A DNA stretch of 63,675 nt, the filler included, from Octopus bimaculoides (lineage: Eukaryota), in assembly GCF_001194135.2 (NCBI RefSeq). It is 5 parts of 5 records of this genome, joined end to end, with 100 filler letters (N's around TTAATTAATTAA, not from the genome) between each part and the next. Parts side by side here need not be neighbours in the genome. Positions count along the whole stretch, not along the records: positions 25,355 to 50,465 come from NC_068996.1; positions 50,566 to 58,831 come from NC_068995.1; 3 more parts are not named here. One strand, 5' to 3'. How positions within the stretch are numbered: position 1 is the stretch's first letter; each line of letters begins with the position of its first letter. Shown here in pieces: positions 41,471-54,711 of this stretch. Under the pieces are notes generated by a model. The model ran no database searches. It had not been told where the DNA came from and was given only the letters and a program-made list of their open reading frames with translations. Both the position numbers and the translations under genes were made by a program.

Positions 41471-42101
41471 GAAAAAAATGCTCAGGTCGATTCATTGTAC
41501 TACAGTTGTTCAAGTCAGTAACCTAACATTGCCACTGTCTAATGATATATATATATATATATATATATANNNNNNNNNNNNNNNNNNNNNNNNNNNNNNN
41601 NNNNNNNNNNNNNNNNNNNNNNNNNNNNNNNNNNNNNNNNNNNNNNNNNNNNNNNNNNNNNNNNNNNNNNNNNNNNNNNNNNNNNNNNNNNNNNNNNNNN
41701 NNNNNNNNNNNNNNNNNNNNNNNNNNNNNNNNNNNNNNNNNNNNNNNNNNNNNNNNNNNNNNNNNNNNNNNNNNNNNNNNNNNNNNNNNNNNNNNNNNNN
41801 NNNNNNNNNNNNNNNNNNNNNNNNNNNNNNNNNNNNNNNNNNNNNNNNNNNNNNNNNNNNNNNNNNNNNNNNNNNNNNNNNNNNNNNNNNNNNNNNNNNN
41901 NNNNNNNNNNNNNNNNNNNNNNNNNNNNNNNNNNNNNNNNNNNNNNNNNNNNNNNNNACCAGAATTAAATCTAGTTTCCGTTTGTCAGCATAGTATAGTA
42001 CCAAATATATATAAATGAATAAACAAAATCCTCGCATTCAGTACTAAAATGTGTTTATTTGGGAAGTCTGTTGTGTGGCATTATTCTGTAGTAATGCCCG
42101 T

Positions 42102-42104
<3 letters not shown>

Positions 42105-42181
<77 letters not shown>

Positions 42182-42182
42182 A
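42105..42182. repeat. (TCTA)n microsatellite
   Basis: Direct reading. Confidence 0.95.
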
Positions 42183-42184
42183 TA

Positions 42185-42430
42185 ACGGACAGGTGTCCAC
42201 TACTGACGATGGGCAAAAATAATCTGAAACCGGACGGTTTGGTGGTTCTGTCATGTCGTAGGAAAATGGAAGGGTTTGGTTCCCTTACTTGCAATAGTTA
42301 TCGGAAGCAGATTACATCGATACAAAGCTAGTGGATGTGTCTTCTTCGGGTTAAAAATAGTATTAACGTCGGTTCGTACGGAACGGTCATGTTGAAAGTG
42401 CGACAAACATTACCTCTCAGTATAGTTACT
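42185..42430 (+). mobile_element. Second copy of the hammerhead-containing repeat
   Basis: Homologous to 3680-3900. Confidence 0.7.
42197..42245 (+). ncRNA. Type I hammerhead ribozyme motif (weak stem II)
   Basis: Stem I CCACTA/TGGTGG; core CTGACGA; extra T; stem II GGG-CAAAAATAA-TCT; GAAA; stem III ACCGGACGGT; GTT cleavage triplet at 42237-42239. Confidence 0.65.
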
Positions 42431-43084
42431 AGAAGAATGATATGGTACCAAGTTTTTGGTGCTAATTCTTTATTAATGAGAAGGAAAATACAAATTACAT
42501 CCATTTAACTCCCTTTTCTTTACCATGGTGTTGAACAAATTTAAAATGTTAATTTGATTAAATATGTCTGTCTTCTAACTTTTCAGATCTCAGACGCCGC
42601 TTATGGGAAACAAGGTTACTATACTAAGCGGAATTCAAACTGGTATTTGAGTATCTCATCCCATAAATATGAAGAACCGCACATATGTTATCTATGTTTG
42701 AGCGTATACCCCACCGCTACACACACGCACGCACGCACGCACGCACGCACTCATACAACTATACACCTACTTGTCTAACTGTTAGTCGACATATATATCC
42801 ACTAGCCTATACATGTATATTTCCTTTCCTCTATCCATCCATCCATTAACCAATGACGAAAAATGACAGTGAACAGCATATTCACGTTCGAATCTGTTGG
42901 GACGTATTCAGAATGAATAAATACAATATTGTTTAGATTCTTGTAGCTCTACCTGCACCCATACATCAGCTCACATTAACAAATAATTTGCTTGTTAAGT
43001 TCTGTAAGTGCTCCTGATCTTGATAGATTCATCAGAAATATTTCTGACACGAGGAGACATGCAATGTTAAAAGTAACACTTTTT

Positions 43085-43098
43085 CACGCACACACGCA

Positions 43099-43130
<32 letters not shown>

Positions 43131-43131
43131 C

Positions 43132-43206
<75 letters not shown>
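43085..43206. repeat. (CACG)n(CA)n microsatellite
   Basis: Direct reading. Confidence 0.95.
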
Positions 43207-43210
<4 letters not shown>

Positions 43211-43349
43211 AAGATATTTTAAATTTTATTAACTATCGAAAAATATTTTTTATTTTGGTAACAGCAGATCACCAACCTTTGCGGGGAAAATGGCGTATTG
43301 TGTGTATTTCTTGTGAAAAAATACAAATATAACGATTCCATTTGTACTG

Positions 43350-44005
43350 TCCTATAATCTTAGGAACTATAGTATTCTACATTCGGCCAACGATACCTCC
43401 CAATGCTACATCAATCATCAGATGTATGACAAATAATTAAAAAGTTACAAATCATCAACAGTCGAAGACAGCCACCAAATCTCAACAAAGGCGAGATTCT
43501 CATCGATGAAAGAAATAAAACAGGAAACAAACTGCTAAGACCCTCGCTATTGGACGTAAATGATTGAAGAAAGAATATCCAAAAGTTTCAAGAGTGGAAA
43601 GGAATTGAATAGAAATTCAAACATGAATTGAAAAACAAAATAATCTCATCTACTGCATCATATGTCCAGAATGCAACGAGAATTACATTGGGGAACCACG
43701 TACAAAACTAACCAGTTGTGTAAATGCGCAAACAGCAGATTAAAGATTCATGTTTTAGAAATGTTCCATGTAGTAAATATCTAGACATTTTTACAAATAG
43801 AAAATTTAAAATATTTCCCTTTTTCAAAATAAACGATAAAAAAGATGGACTACGGAAAGCAAAAGAAGTGTATTTAATAAGAATTCTAAATCCGAAACTA
43901 AACCGGAAATAGTCAAAACCATTATTAAAAACAACTTTCTCACTCCATATTAGCCCAAATTACATATGTCTGAAGAATAGAACTACGAAAGCGCTTAGAT
44001 ACTTA
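43350..44005 (+). mobile_element. Penelope-like element 3' end: linker, GIY-YIG endonuclease, 3' UTR
   Basis: KLQIINSRRQPPNL (~43442), NLIYCIICPECNENYIGE (~43640), RKQQIKD..FKIFPFFKI..LRKAKEVYLIRILNPKLN (ORF 43724-43912). Confidence 0.88.
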
Positions 44006-44049
44006 ATGCACACAACACACAAAATACACACTATACGCAAATGTCTATA

Positions 44050-47005
44050 TGTTTATTACATGAAACATTTCTAAGACATGAATCTTTAATGTGCTGTTTG
44101 CGCATTTACATAACTGGTTAGTTTTGTTCGTGTTTCCCCAATGTAATTCTCGTTGCATTCTGGACATACGCTGCAGTAGATGAGATTTTTTGTTTTTCAA
44201 TTCATGTTTGAATTTCTTTTCAATTCCTTCGCACTCTTGAGTAACATAAGCACATAGAAATTTTGTAACATAAATACCTACAAGAAGAGTTGAAAAATAT
44301 TGTGGAAGACGAAGAAAACAATTATTCATCTGATGTACATGCTACGATATCCAAACTGCTACTAAAGAAAATGAAAAGCATGTGAACTGAGATTCGTATT
44401 GTCGACCTGCAGCACAATGCAATACCGTGTTTCGCAAGAATTCTATGAACATTTCTTAAGATTTGAGGAGATTTGCTGTTACCAAACCTCGAGATAACAG
44501 TCCTGTTAATTACATTAGTATTAATGATAACAATAGGATGCCAAATTTCTGATTCGCATCGCTCCAGCGCACACGCAAAAAAGTTAGTTCAGCTATTCAA
44601 TGAAATTATGAGAGATCCTAAGAAAACATCTGATTGGTTAGCAAGAGGTTTTACTTAACCTACTCCTGAAGAATAATAAAGCCAAATTTCTCCATAGCTA
44701 TCGGCCCATAACAAGTCTATCTACCGCGTATAAAATTTTAGAATCCATCCTCATGGAGAAAACATACAAATTTATGGAACAGAACATTTTCCCCAATGAA
44801 CAAAAGGGGTGTCGACGAGGCTCATATGGATGCAAAGATCAACTTCTAATCAATCACATGATCCTTGAGAACTGTCATAACAAACATAGAAATCTCAGTT
44901 CCGCATGAATTGATTATAAAAAAGCCTTTGATAGCATACCGCATTCATAGATCTTGAAATCACTCGATATCTTCAAAATTTCTCCTGTGATTTCAAACGT
45001 CCTGAAACACAACATATCAGTGTGGAATACGAATCTCCAGTTATATCACTCTAACCGAGTACTAACTACAAACCATATTAATATCAATTGCGGAATTTTC
45101 CAGTGTAACTTACTTTCACATTTAATTTTTGGTTTTTGCAGAGCCCTAATACCTCTTACAAGTGAACTTAGCAGAACAGGGTATGGGCATAAACCTGGCG
45201 ATAAGAAAATAATCTATTTTACATGGATAACTTAAAACTCTATGGTAAAAACCACAATGAGCTTGAAGGACTAGTACGAACTGTGAAAGCATTCAGTGAT
45301 GACATCGGGATAGAGTTTGGTTTTGCTAAATGTGCGAGGGCCACTTCCAGAAAGTGAAATTGAAAATCTCACATTCAGTGGTGTTAAATGTTGACACAGT
45401 CATAAAACAACTTGAGCAGGAACAAATTTACATACACCACGGAATAAATGAGGGTTCTGGTATTCAGCATGCGAGCATGAAGGAGATCAGGAAGGAATGT
45501 TACAGGAGAGTTCGATCATTCCTAAAATCTGAGTAAATGCACCTAACAAGGTGTTAGCCATAAATTCCTTAGCAGCTCAATTTGTTATTTATAATTTCAA
45601 TGTGTTGAATTGGAATATGAGCGAAATAAAGAAGGTTGACAGGAAAATCCGTAAGCAATAAGACTTGCAATAAGATGCAACACCCAAAGGCAGACACAGA
45701 TAGTATTTATATATTCAAAACCCCAAGGAGTTCGAGACTTGATCCAATTTGAAATCTCTTACAAAACCACCCAAATTGGACTGGCCAAATATCTTGAAAC
45801 ATCTAACGACTGGATGCTAAAGCTCGTTGAAAACCACGTGGGACACAAGAAGCTTCATTTTGTAATGAATGAAAGCAAAACATTTTCAGGTAAGCTTATG
45901 CATAATACCCAGGTTGAACAGCATGATGGAAATGCGGCAACTATTGTTATAAAGAAGGTGAAATCAATGACAAAACAAAAAGCATTTGACCATTTGGCTT
46001 AGAAGTGGGAACAAAAACCTCTACATGGCAAATATGTGGCCCATAGCAAACAAGCTGTTGTAGACTAGAAGCACACCCATCAGTGGCTATGGAACTCAAG
46101 GTTAAAGACTGAGGGCGAAGGGCTTATGTTAGCTGCTCAAAGTCAAAGCTTATTGACCCGGAACCATCAAGGCAATGTGATGAAAAATGGATTTGATCCA
46201 AAGTGCCGATACTGCAACGATGAGATTGAAACAAACAGTGGAGTACCTAATCTTTGGGCGGAAGGTCTTAGAACCGGTAGAGTATAAATCAAGACATGAC
46301 AGAGTTGGCCAACATCTACACTGGTTGATATGGCTGGCATTATACAATAAAAAAACTGCTGACGAATGGTTCAAGCACCACTCTGTAACGGAGGGAGAAA
46401 ATATAACGATTCTTTGGGACTTTCCAGTACATACATAGCGGACCATGAAAGCTAATAAACCTGATATTGTTGCGAAAGACCAAAGCAACAAACCGTTTAT
46501 TTATTGACATGAGCATACCTTGCGATTATAATATCTCGGCAAAAAATGTGATAAGGTCAGAAAGTATAAAGATTTGCTGATTGAAATCGAAAAATGTGGC
46601 ATCTCAAAATGGCTACAAATACCTGTGATTATAGGAGCACTTGGAATGATCAAATAGGTATTTGAAAATTATTTGAAGATGATCAATGACTTACTATCCA
46701 TGCAAGAAGTGCAAAAATTTGTCTTAACTGGTATGTCACACGTGGTGAGAAGAGCATTGTCGTTGTGAATTTTCTTTCCTTTCCCCCTTATTTTCTTTGT
46801 TTACTTTTCTCATTTTCCTTTATTTCCTTCTTTCCTTTGTCTTCCTTCCTCTTTTTCTCTATCACATGGCTTCGTAAATGAACGATCTGGTGTGTTTATT
46901 TTAATGGCTTACCAATATATACAGTGAGTTTTTTGTCCTAGATGTTGAGAAGACACTCGGCAAGATATGGAAACAGAATTGAAAGAAGACAACGATAATA
47001 ATAAC
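44050..47005 (+). mobile_element. R4/Dong-type non-LTR retrotransposon, long decayed copy (RT, CCHC, RLE, 3' UTR)
   Basis: EQKGCRRGSYGCKDQLLINHMILENC, DYKKAFDSIPHS, FSDDIGIEFG..KC, LHGKY, DPKCRYCN, RHDRVGQHLHW, ILWDFPVHT, ANKPDIVAKD. Many stops and frameshifts; ends in an aataataac tail. Confidence 0.92.
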
Positions 47006-47480
47006 TGAGGAAAATCAAGACAGGACAGAGTTGTTCAATATCTACACAGGTTAATATGTTGGCAATATAAACTCAAAATCGCTGACAAATATATGCCTCA
47101 CCCAAAGGCTGAACTGAGAAAATGTAACGATTCTTTGAGACTTTCCTGTAAATACAGACCTGACCACCGAAGCTAATAGACCGAATATTGTCATTAAAGA
47201 CCAAAACAATAAAGTGTGTTTATTGATCGACATGAATGTTCCTTGTGATCGTAATATCTCAGTAAAAGAATTTAAAAAGCTCAGAAAAAAATAAAGATTT
47301 TCTGATTGAAATCGAAAAAAATATGGCATCTCAAGACGGTTACAATACCAGTGATCGTAGAAGCACTAGGAATAATCAAAAAGGAAACTGAAAATTATTT
47401 GAGAATGATCTCTGATTTACCATCATTGCAAAAAGTGCAAAAGAACGTTTAAACTGGCACCTCACACGTACTTTCACAGT
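47006..47480 (+). mobile_element. Second Dong RLE/3' fragment in tandem
   Basis: Repeats the HRLICWQY..DFPVNTD..ANRPNIVIKD..LLIDMNVPCDRNISVKEF segment of 46300-46760. Confidence 0.85.
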
Positions 47481-48059
47481 ATTTTCACTGTGAGAACGAT
47501 AACCTATGTGGCTTTTTAAACCAGACAGTGTTTTGAAAAAACACCCACACAGATTGCACCTCTGATTTGCACTACCAATACCTGCAAGTAAGTTCTGCTC
47601 ATTGTGGATCCTAACATACATACATACATACATGCATGAATACATACATACATACATACATACATGCATGCATACATACATACATATATTCATACACACA
47701 TGCATGCACACATATATACATATACGGCGTCGAAAACAGACACGTTGGCATAGAAGACTATTCATTACCCCTGATAATGAATATTATCCCCTATAATGTT
47801 TTGCCATTAATGCAAGCATGGAAAGACAGATGGTTATTTTCTGTGAGTAAATGCAAAGAAACAACCTTTTTTGAAAAGATTGTACATACCACGTGGAAAT
47901 TTACTACACATACACCATGGTGACGAAAGAACCCGGAATCAGCTATAGCAGATTGCGGAAGCTAAAGAGAAAAATTCCAGTGGACTTTTCGACTGAAGCA
48001 AGTTCTATACTAGTTCTAGAGAATGGCAAGGGAAGATCTCTCGATAGACTACATGCAAA

Positions 48060-48970
48060 TATTTAAAGAATATTGGGATAAGAAATATCCAACATTCTCA
48101 AATATATCAAAGAAACAATTTCGTCAGCAAGTTACGTTTGTTGATATGAAATATGTCTCTTTGCCAAACAATATCACACAGCACAATTGATAATAGCTGT
48201 ATTAACAACGCAGTAAACTTCTTTTCCGCGAAGAGACTGTGAATGACAGGAAACACAACCAAGACGAATCCAAAAATAATGAACCGCCACCGCCACATGG
48301 ATATGCAATAACTATTTTTGATCTCACAAAACAAGTGGCGAATATAAAATACTAAAATCGCAGCTTTCATCAAAGTTCAAGCAGAAAGAACAAGTAACTC
48401 AAATCCAAACTCCTGACTTTTGGACAATAAACGTCCTGCTATATTGTGCCGCAAAAACAGTGCGCCAACAGATGGGAGTAACAGAGACTAATTTAAAGGA
48501 TAATACGGAGCCAAAATGGAATACCTCGAGAATAACATCAACGGACTTAGAAAAAAAATAGGACAGTTGGATACTTATCAAACGCAAGGCTAAAAATGGG
48601 TTCACGAAGCACCAGCTAAGACTGCATGATAGGTTCTCGAAACTGTATAAGAACTGCTGCCGAGAAACACTCACAGAAAAAATGATCACCCTCAAACATG
48701 GTCTACGAGTGGCAACTGAAAAGCTTCGTTACTGTAAAAAATAATTATTACATCAACGGAAAATGATAAACCAAAAGCTTGTCCGAAACCCACAGTTGTA
48801 TATCGCGGTATGAAAGGCGATACCATCAAAGTAATAAATGCGCCTCTTCAGGAAGATCTGGTGTCATTCTGGCGTGGAATCTGAAATACAAACAAAGAAC
48901 ACAACCGCGATGCAGCAGGGTTAAACGATCTACGAACACTTTGTAAATATCTATTCAAAAACATATAGCA
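48060..48970 (+). mobile_element. Dong N-terminal (pre-RT) region fragment
   Basis: TLKHGLRVATEKLRYCKK and PLQEDLVSFWRGI..KEHNRDA resemble the FW..IW...HN..A.W block that precedes the RT in this clade. Confidence 0.55.
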
Positions 48971-49005
48971 TCACCAGTGAAATACTCCTGACGGTTATTT
49001 TGAAA

Positions 49006-49045
<40 letters not shown>

Positions 49046-49419
49046 TTTCTCTCTCTTTTACTTTTTTCTTTGTGATTTTTTCTTTGTGATATAATCATGG
49101 GAAAGAATATACTTGCAGCTGACGATAGCTTTAAACCATCCTGTCTATCAATTATATACTAATATAATGATGCAACGACTGTTTGTGTATAAAGCTTGAA
49201 ATACGTGTACCGCGGAATCCTTTGTNNNNNNNNNNNNNNNNNNNNNNNNNNNNNNNNNNNNNNNNNNNNNNNNNNNNNNNNNNNNNNNNNNNNNNNNNNN
49301 NNNNNNNNNNNNNNNNNNNNNNNNNNNNNNNNNNNNNNNNNNNNNNNNNNNNNNNTATATATATATATGTAAGTATGTATGTATGTATGTATGTATGTAT
49401 ATGCATACATATTTGTATA

Positions 49420-49748
49420 TTCTTTTATTTTTTTACTTGTTTCAGTTGTTTGACTGCGCCCATGCTAGAGCACCGCTTTAAATGAATTTAGTCGAAGAAA
49501 TCACCTCCAGAACTTATTCTCTGTAAGCCTAGTACTTATTCTATCAGTTCTTTTTGCCGAACCGCTAAGTTATGGGGGCATAAACACACCAGTATTGGTT
49601 GCCAAGAACGGCGGGGAGACAAACACAGACACACCTACATAAATACATACATACGTACATACATATATACTCAAAAGAATGTTGAGAAAATGAAGATGTA
49701 GCATTAATATAATTTATTAACTGCAAAAATCCAAGATATTCTCTCATA

Positions 49749-49840
<92 letters not shown>

Positions 49841-49895
49841 CACGCGCGAAGAGCTTCTTTCAGTTTTCGTCTAGCAAATCCACTTACAAGGCATT
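49420..49895 (-). mobile_element. SINE family C with internal (TA)n
   Basis: Reverse complement of the family C tail and core. Confidence 0.8.
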
Positions 49896-50401
49896 GGTCG
49901 ATCCGAGGTTATAGTATGTATATACATAAAATGAACTTTGTGATAATGAAAAGAGTTCTTTGGAGCATTTATTGTTAATTTCAATATAGATGTGTAAGGA
50001 AATTATAGGGATTAGGATAGTATAGGAAAGAAAAAAGATCATGCAAAAAGTATTTGGGTTATGTAGGGCATTCATGGGAAGTACATGGATTTGAAGAACC
50101 TGTTAAAGAGATTTATGATTGCATAAAAAAAAATTGTTCGAAAGTCCGTTGAATAGATATCTTGACTTTTAGAATATCGAACGCTTTTGAGAGACATAAT
50201 CCACATACCTTTCTAACACCGTTGTAGAACCTGCTTGTCTTACTACGTTCCATTATATGGTGTGTGCCATATTCTTTAAATTTTCGTAACTCAAATATGA
50301 ATGGGAAGACAAAGAGAGTGAGAGGAGTGGTGGGAAGGAAAGGGTGAGAGCGAATGGGAGAGTGAGAGAGAAAAAGAGTGAGACAAAGAAAGATAGAGAG
50401 T

Positions 50402-50465
<64 letters not shown>

Positions 50466-50652
50466 NNNNNNNNNNNNNNNNNNNNNNNNNNNNNNNNNNN
50501 NNNNNNNNNTTAATTAATTAANNNNNNNNNNNNNNNNNNNNNNNNNNNNNNNNNNNNNNNNNNNNAAACTGTATTTATTACATTGAATACTATTATATTT
50601 CGATAATACGTACTAAAATGTGTTATTGTAAGCTGTGTTGGAGGTACATCTT

Positions 50653-50880
50653 ATTTCTTATTGCCCACAAGGGGCTAAACATAGAGGGGACAAAGAAGGA
50701 CAGACAAAGGGATTAAGTCGATTACATCGACCCCAGTGCATAACTGGTACTTAATTTATCGACCCCGAAAGGATGAAAACAAAGTCGACCTCGGCAGAAT
50801 TTGAACTCAGGACGTAACGAGAGACGAAATACCGCTAAGCATTTCGCCCGGCTTGCTAACGTTTCTGCCAGCTCGCCACC
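50653..50880 (-). mobile_element. SINE family A, full length (tail type 2)
   Basis: Near-identical to 59806-60034 and 24412-24646. Confidence 0.92.
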
Positions 50881-50889
50881 TTTGGAGAT

Positions 50890-51250
50890 ACATCTTACCT
50901 ATCTGTTGGCCATTGCGCAAGAGGTTGTGTGGTAGATCAGACTGAAAGGGTTGAAGAGACACTTTCCTCTTTGGCCATGCCCTCATCAACTTTTTCAGGT
51001 TTCACTTGAAAAGAAAACTGAGGATGGGAAGGGAATTGTTGTCTTGCAGCAAATTCGTTGAAAGGTGAATGAGAGTGGTGAGCATAATGCAAGTGATGGG
51101 CTTGCTCTGAACATGCGCTTTTAGAGAACTGATTGGGAAGGACGCTGACCTATGTAGTCAGAGTGACCGTGATTTTTGTAAGAATTCGACAGTTAGCCCT
51201 CAGAGCTCCCCACCAACCCGTCTCAATTATGTTGATCTCAGTCGCGATGT
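50890..51250 (+). mobile_element. L1/Tx1 ORF2 C-terminus and start of 3' UTR, decayed
   Basis: QEVVW*IRLKGL..ALINFFRFHLKRKLR..ELLSCSKFVER*. The following sequence resembles the minus strand of 9500-9590. Confidence 0.6.
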
Positions 51251-51469
51251 TGTCATCGACAGCTTTAATCTCATGATTGTCATCTTCCATTTCACCATTA
51301 ACTTTAGTTTTCTTCTTGTCAACTTAAATTTAATGTTTATCAAGCAGTATATTTCACCAGCCATAATGGCCAACCAGAGGAGCAGAATTTCAAATAAAGT
51401 TAGATGAATAATTGTCAAATTATGATGAAAGTTTTACTGTGACTGAAATTGTCTCCATATTAGATATTT

Positions 51470-52435
51470 GTCGGACCAATGTTGGAACTATTATTCTGTG
51501 GAGAGGTGAAGGAGACGTCGGGACCGGAAGCGAGGAAAGAAGAGTGACGACGGAACCGGAAGGGAGGGGAACTAACGTCACGTCAAGAAGTGGGGCATTT
51601 GAATAGCTTCTTTCTTTGTTAGCAGGGTTTACCGTTGGAGTAATGGAGAGGATTGTAAAGCCAGGTTTTGTGATCGAATTCTCCAATCACATCTCGGTGA
51701 GGTTGCAGCAGCAGCTAGACATCGACACGGTGTCAGTGGGCGACTTAGTGAATAAGGTGCGAGTGTTAACAAAGAAGGACACTGGGGATGTCGCGGCAAT
51801 GGTGACGGCGGATATGTGTAGGATGAAGAGGCAGACAGCAAATAGCGAAAACAGGGTAATGGAGAGACGGACATCTAAGGGACCATGCTTTAGGTGTCCG
51901 GGTCTGCACTTGGCTAGAGATTGCACGGAACCGAAGTCGGAAGTGGTGAGTTACCAATGTGCCCGGCCCAGGCACATATCGAACTATTGCAAACAGGGAA
52001 ACAAAGGAAGGGGTGTACTATGTCGGTATACGAAGGAGGAGGTGTACTGTGCCCCCAACAACCTATTAGAAGCACACCTACGTTCTTGTAATAAGGGTTC
52101 TAGTGGGAGAAGGGAAGCGCAATTTCTTGTTGATATGGAATGTGAAACTCTGCTGGCCGTTGAAATGGTGGAGAGAAAAAAAAAACTAACTTTAATGCGA
52201 TGGATGGTAGAGATGTAGGTATAGGGGTGTCAGTGAAGCTACAAACAATTGCAGTCGATGAGGTAGTGGACGGCGTCGATGGTGGGAATTTAACATGAAT
52301 ATATACTTGGGCAGCGAGACAGTTGGTAGGACAGGTGTGGGTTTGGTGACCGTTGTGCCCCATGCTGTTAATGTTGAGCGGGGGGAGAAAACTGTATGAG
52401 TGACGGGTTGCTGTCAGAGAGAGAGAGGGGGAGGG

Positions 52436-52467
<32 letters not shown>

Positions 52468-52860
52468 GAGAGAGATAGAGAGAGAGAGAGAATACTGTAG
52501 GCAAGGCTGAAGATGCAGCAAGGCTCAGGAAGAAAGATGACTGCAACTACATCTATGTAGCTGAACTGGACGTTTTGTTAAAGGCTGTAGACCTAGCGCT
52601 GAGATGGGGGTTGCATGCTGTCGAGATTCGGGCTGATTCTGCCACGGTACGATTTTGGGGTGATTACCAACCAGATGGGGATCCGTACGAAAGGGGGTCG
52701 CAGAAATGATAAGCATCGCCTGGGAATCCTGAATGAGCTAGCTGCTGAGCTGGACCTGAAGCGGATGTTCTGACCGAGGTAAAAAGGCACTGGTTGGAAA
52801 TGATTACCGTAGTGTTGCAATTTTCAGGAATATATATATTTGGAGAGTTAAGAAATAGGA
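51470..52860 (+). mobile_element. Ty3/Gypsy-type LTR retrotransposon remnant (gag zinc knuckles, decayed protease)
   Basis: ORF 51616-52218 has CFRCPGLHLARDC and YQCARPRHISNYC (CCHC-like) followed by FLVDMEC (LVDTG-like). Boundaries are approximate. Confidence 0.7.
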
Positions 52861-52944
52861 ATAGTAAATAAAAGGTTAATCTTATGTCATTTATTTTTGT
52901 CTTCGTCATGTTGTGTGTGTGTGAGAGGGAGAGAGAGAGAGGGA

Positions 52945-52984
<40 letters not shown>

Positions 52985-53044
52985 AAGTGCGTGTGTATGT
53001 ATGTATATACATATATATATATACGCATGTATGTATGTTTACTC

Positions 53045-53277
53045 TTTCACTCTTTTACTTGTTTCAGTCAGTTGACTGCGGCCATGCTGGAGCACCGCCT
53101 CTAGTCGAGCAAATGGACACTAGGACTTATTCTTTGTAAGCCTAGTACTTATTCTATCGGTCTCTTTTGCCGAACCGCTAAGTTACGGGGACGTAAACAC
53201 ACCAGCATCGGTTGTCAAGCGGTGTGGGGGGGGACAAACACAGACACACAAACAAATACACACACATACATATATAT
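53045..53277 (-). mobile_element. SINE family C, 3' half
   Basis: Contains cttgtttcagtca.ttgactgcggccatgctggagcaccgcc..tacttattctatcgg..ttgccgaaccgctaagttacgggg. Confidence 0.85.
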
Positions 53278-53667
53278 NNNNNNNNNNNNNNNNNNNNNNN
53301 NNNNNNNNNNNNNNNNNNNNNNNNNNNNNNNNNNNNNNNNNNNNNNNNNNNNNNNNNNNNNNNNNNNNNNNNNNNNNNNNNNNNNNNNNNNNNNNNNNNN
53401 NNNNNNNNNNNNNNNNNNNNNNNNNNNNNNNNNNNNNNNNNNNNNNNNNNNNNNNNNNNNNNNNNNNNNNNNNNNNNNNNNNNNNNNNNNNNNNNNNNNN
53501 NNNNNNNNNNNNNNNNNNNNNNNNNNNNNNNNNNNNNNNNNNNNNNNNNNNNNNNNNNNNNNNNNNNNNNNNNNNNNNNNNNNNNNNNNNNNNNNNNNNN
53601 NNNNNNNNNNNNNNNNNNNNNNNNNNNNNNNNNNNNNNNNNNNNNNNNNNNNNNNNNNNNNNNNNNN

Positions 53668-53700
<33 letters not shown>

Positions 53701-54451
53701 TGTGTGTGTGTGTGAGAGAGTGTGTGTGAGAGAGAGAGAGTGTGTGTGTGTGTGTGTGTGTGAGTTGTACAGAAGGGTGTCAGGATAAAAGATCTAGATG
53801 CTCTTCAGAAATATCAGTGAAAATTCGACAGTTCAGTGGGTAGTAAGCGAATTAAGGAAGGAGAGGAGAGAGATGCATGGAAATATGAGAGAGGTACAAA
53901 GACATACTGTGATTGATGTATAAATATGTAAGACCCTCCGTCTCTTTCCCTATCTCTGTCTCTCTCTTTCTCTCGCTTTCTCTCTCTCTTTCTCTATTTC
54001 TCTATTTCTGTTTCTGTTTCTCTCTCTCTTTCTCTCTATCTCTCGCTCCCTCCCTCTCTCTCTCCCCTCTCTCTCTTCCTCTCTCTCCCTCCCACCTCTC
54101 CCTATCCCTCTCTCCCTCTCCCCTCTCCCTCTCCCCTCTCCCCCNNNNNNNNNNNNNCTCCCCCCTCTCCCTCTCTCTATTTGAATCGGATCCAACAACC
54201 CTCCCTCTTGTTTCGCCCCTTTCTCAAACTCCAATTAAAAGTCAGCAAGTGGCAATCTTACAAACTAATACTTGACTATGAAATTTGCCTCTATTATTTT
54301 ACGGGAGAAGACACATAGAGCAGTCAAAAGGATTAAAGACATGGAACTTTCCCGCCCCTCACTATCCTCTATCATTTTTTCTCTGTCGGATTCGTGACGG
54401 TTAAGTAGCGAGAAACAGAGACTGGGGAGTAGGCGACTGACGTACTTAAAC

Positions 54452-54706
54452 CATTGGTACTCAACCGGGGTCCATATAACCCTTGGAGGTCAATATGAGA
54501 TTTTGTCATTAAAATTTATGCGCAATTAATTGCTTATACTTCTACTATACACAAACTATTTCATCACTCATTTTAGATAATTTCTTATATTTAATTATAA
54601 AAATTCAATAAGAACTTTTTAAAACATCGAATGACTGTGAGAAAGCCATCGAAGTAAATTAGCAATCAAAGGGGTCTGTAGATAAAAAAATGGTTGAAAA
54701 CCACCG
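54452..54706. mobile_element. hAT (Charlie-like) MITE
   Basis: TIRs cattggtactcaacc and ggttgaaaaccaccg; imperfect 8-bp flanks acttaaac and atttaact. Confidence 0.7.
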
Positions 54707-54711
54707 ATTTA

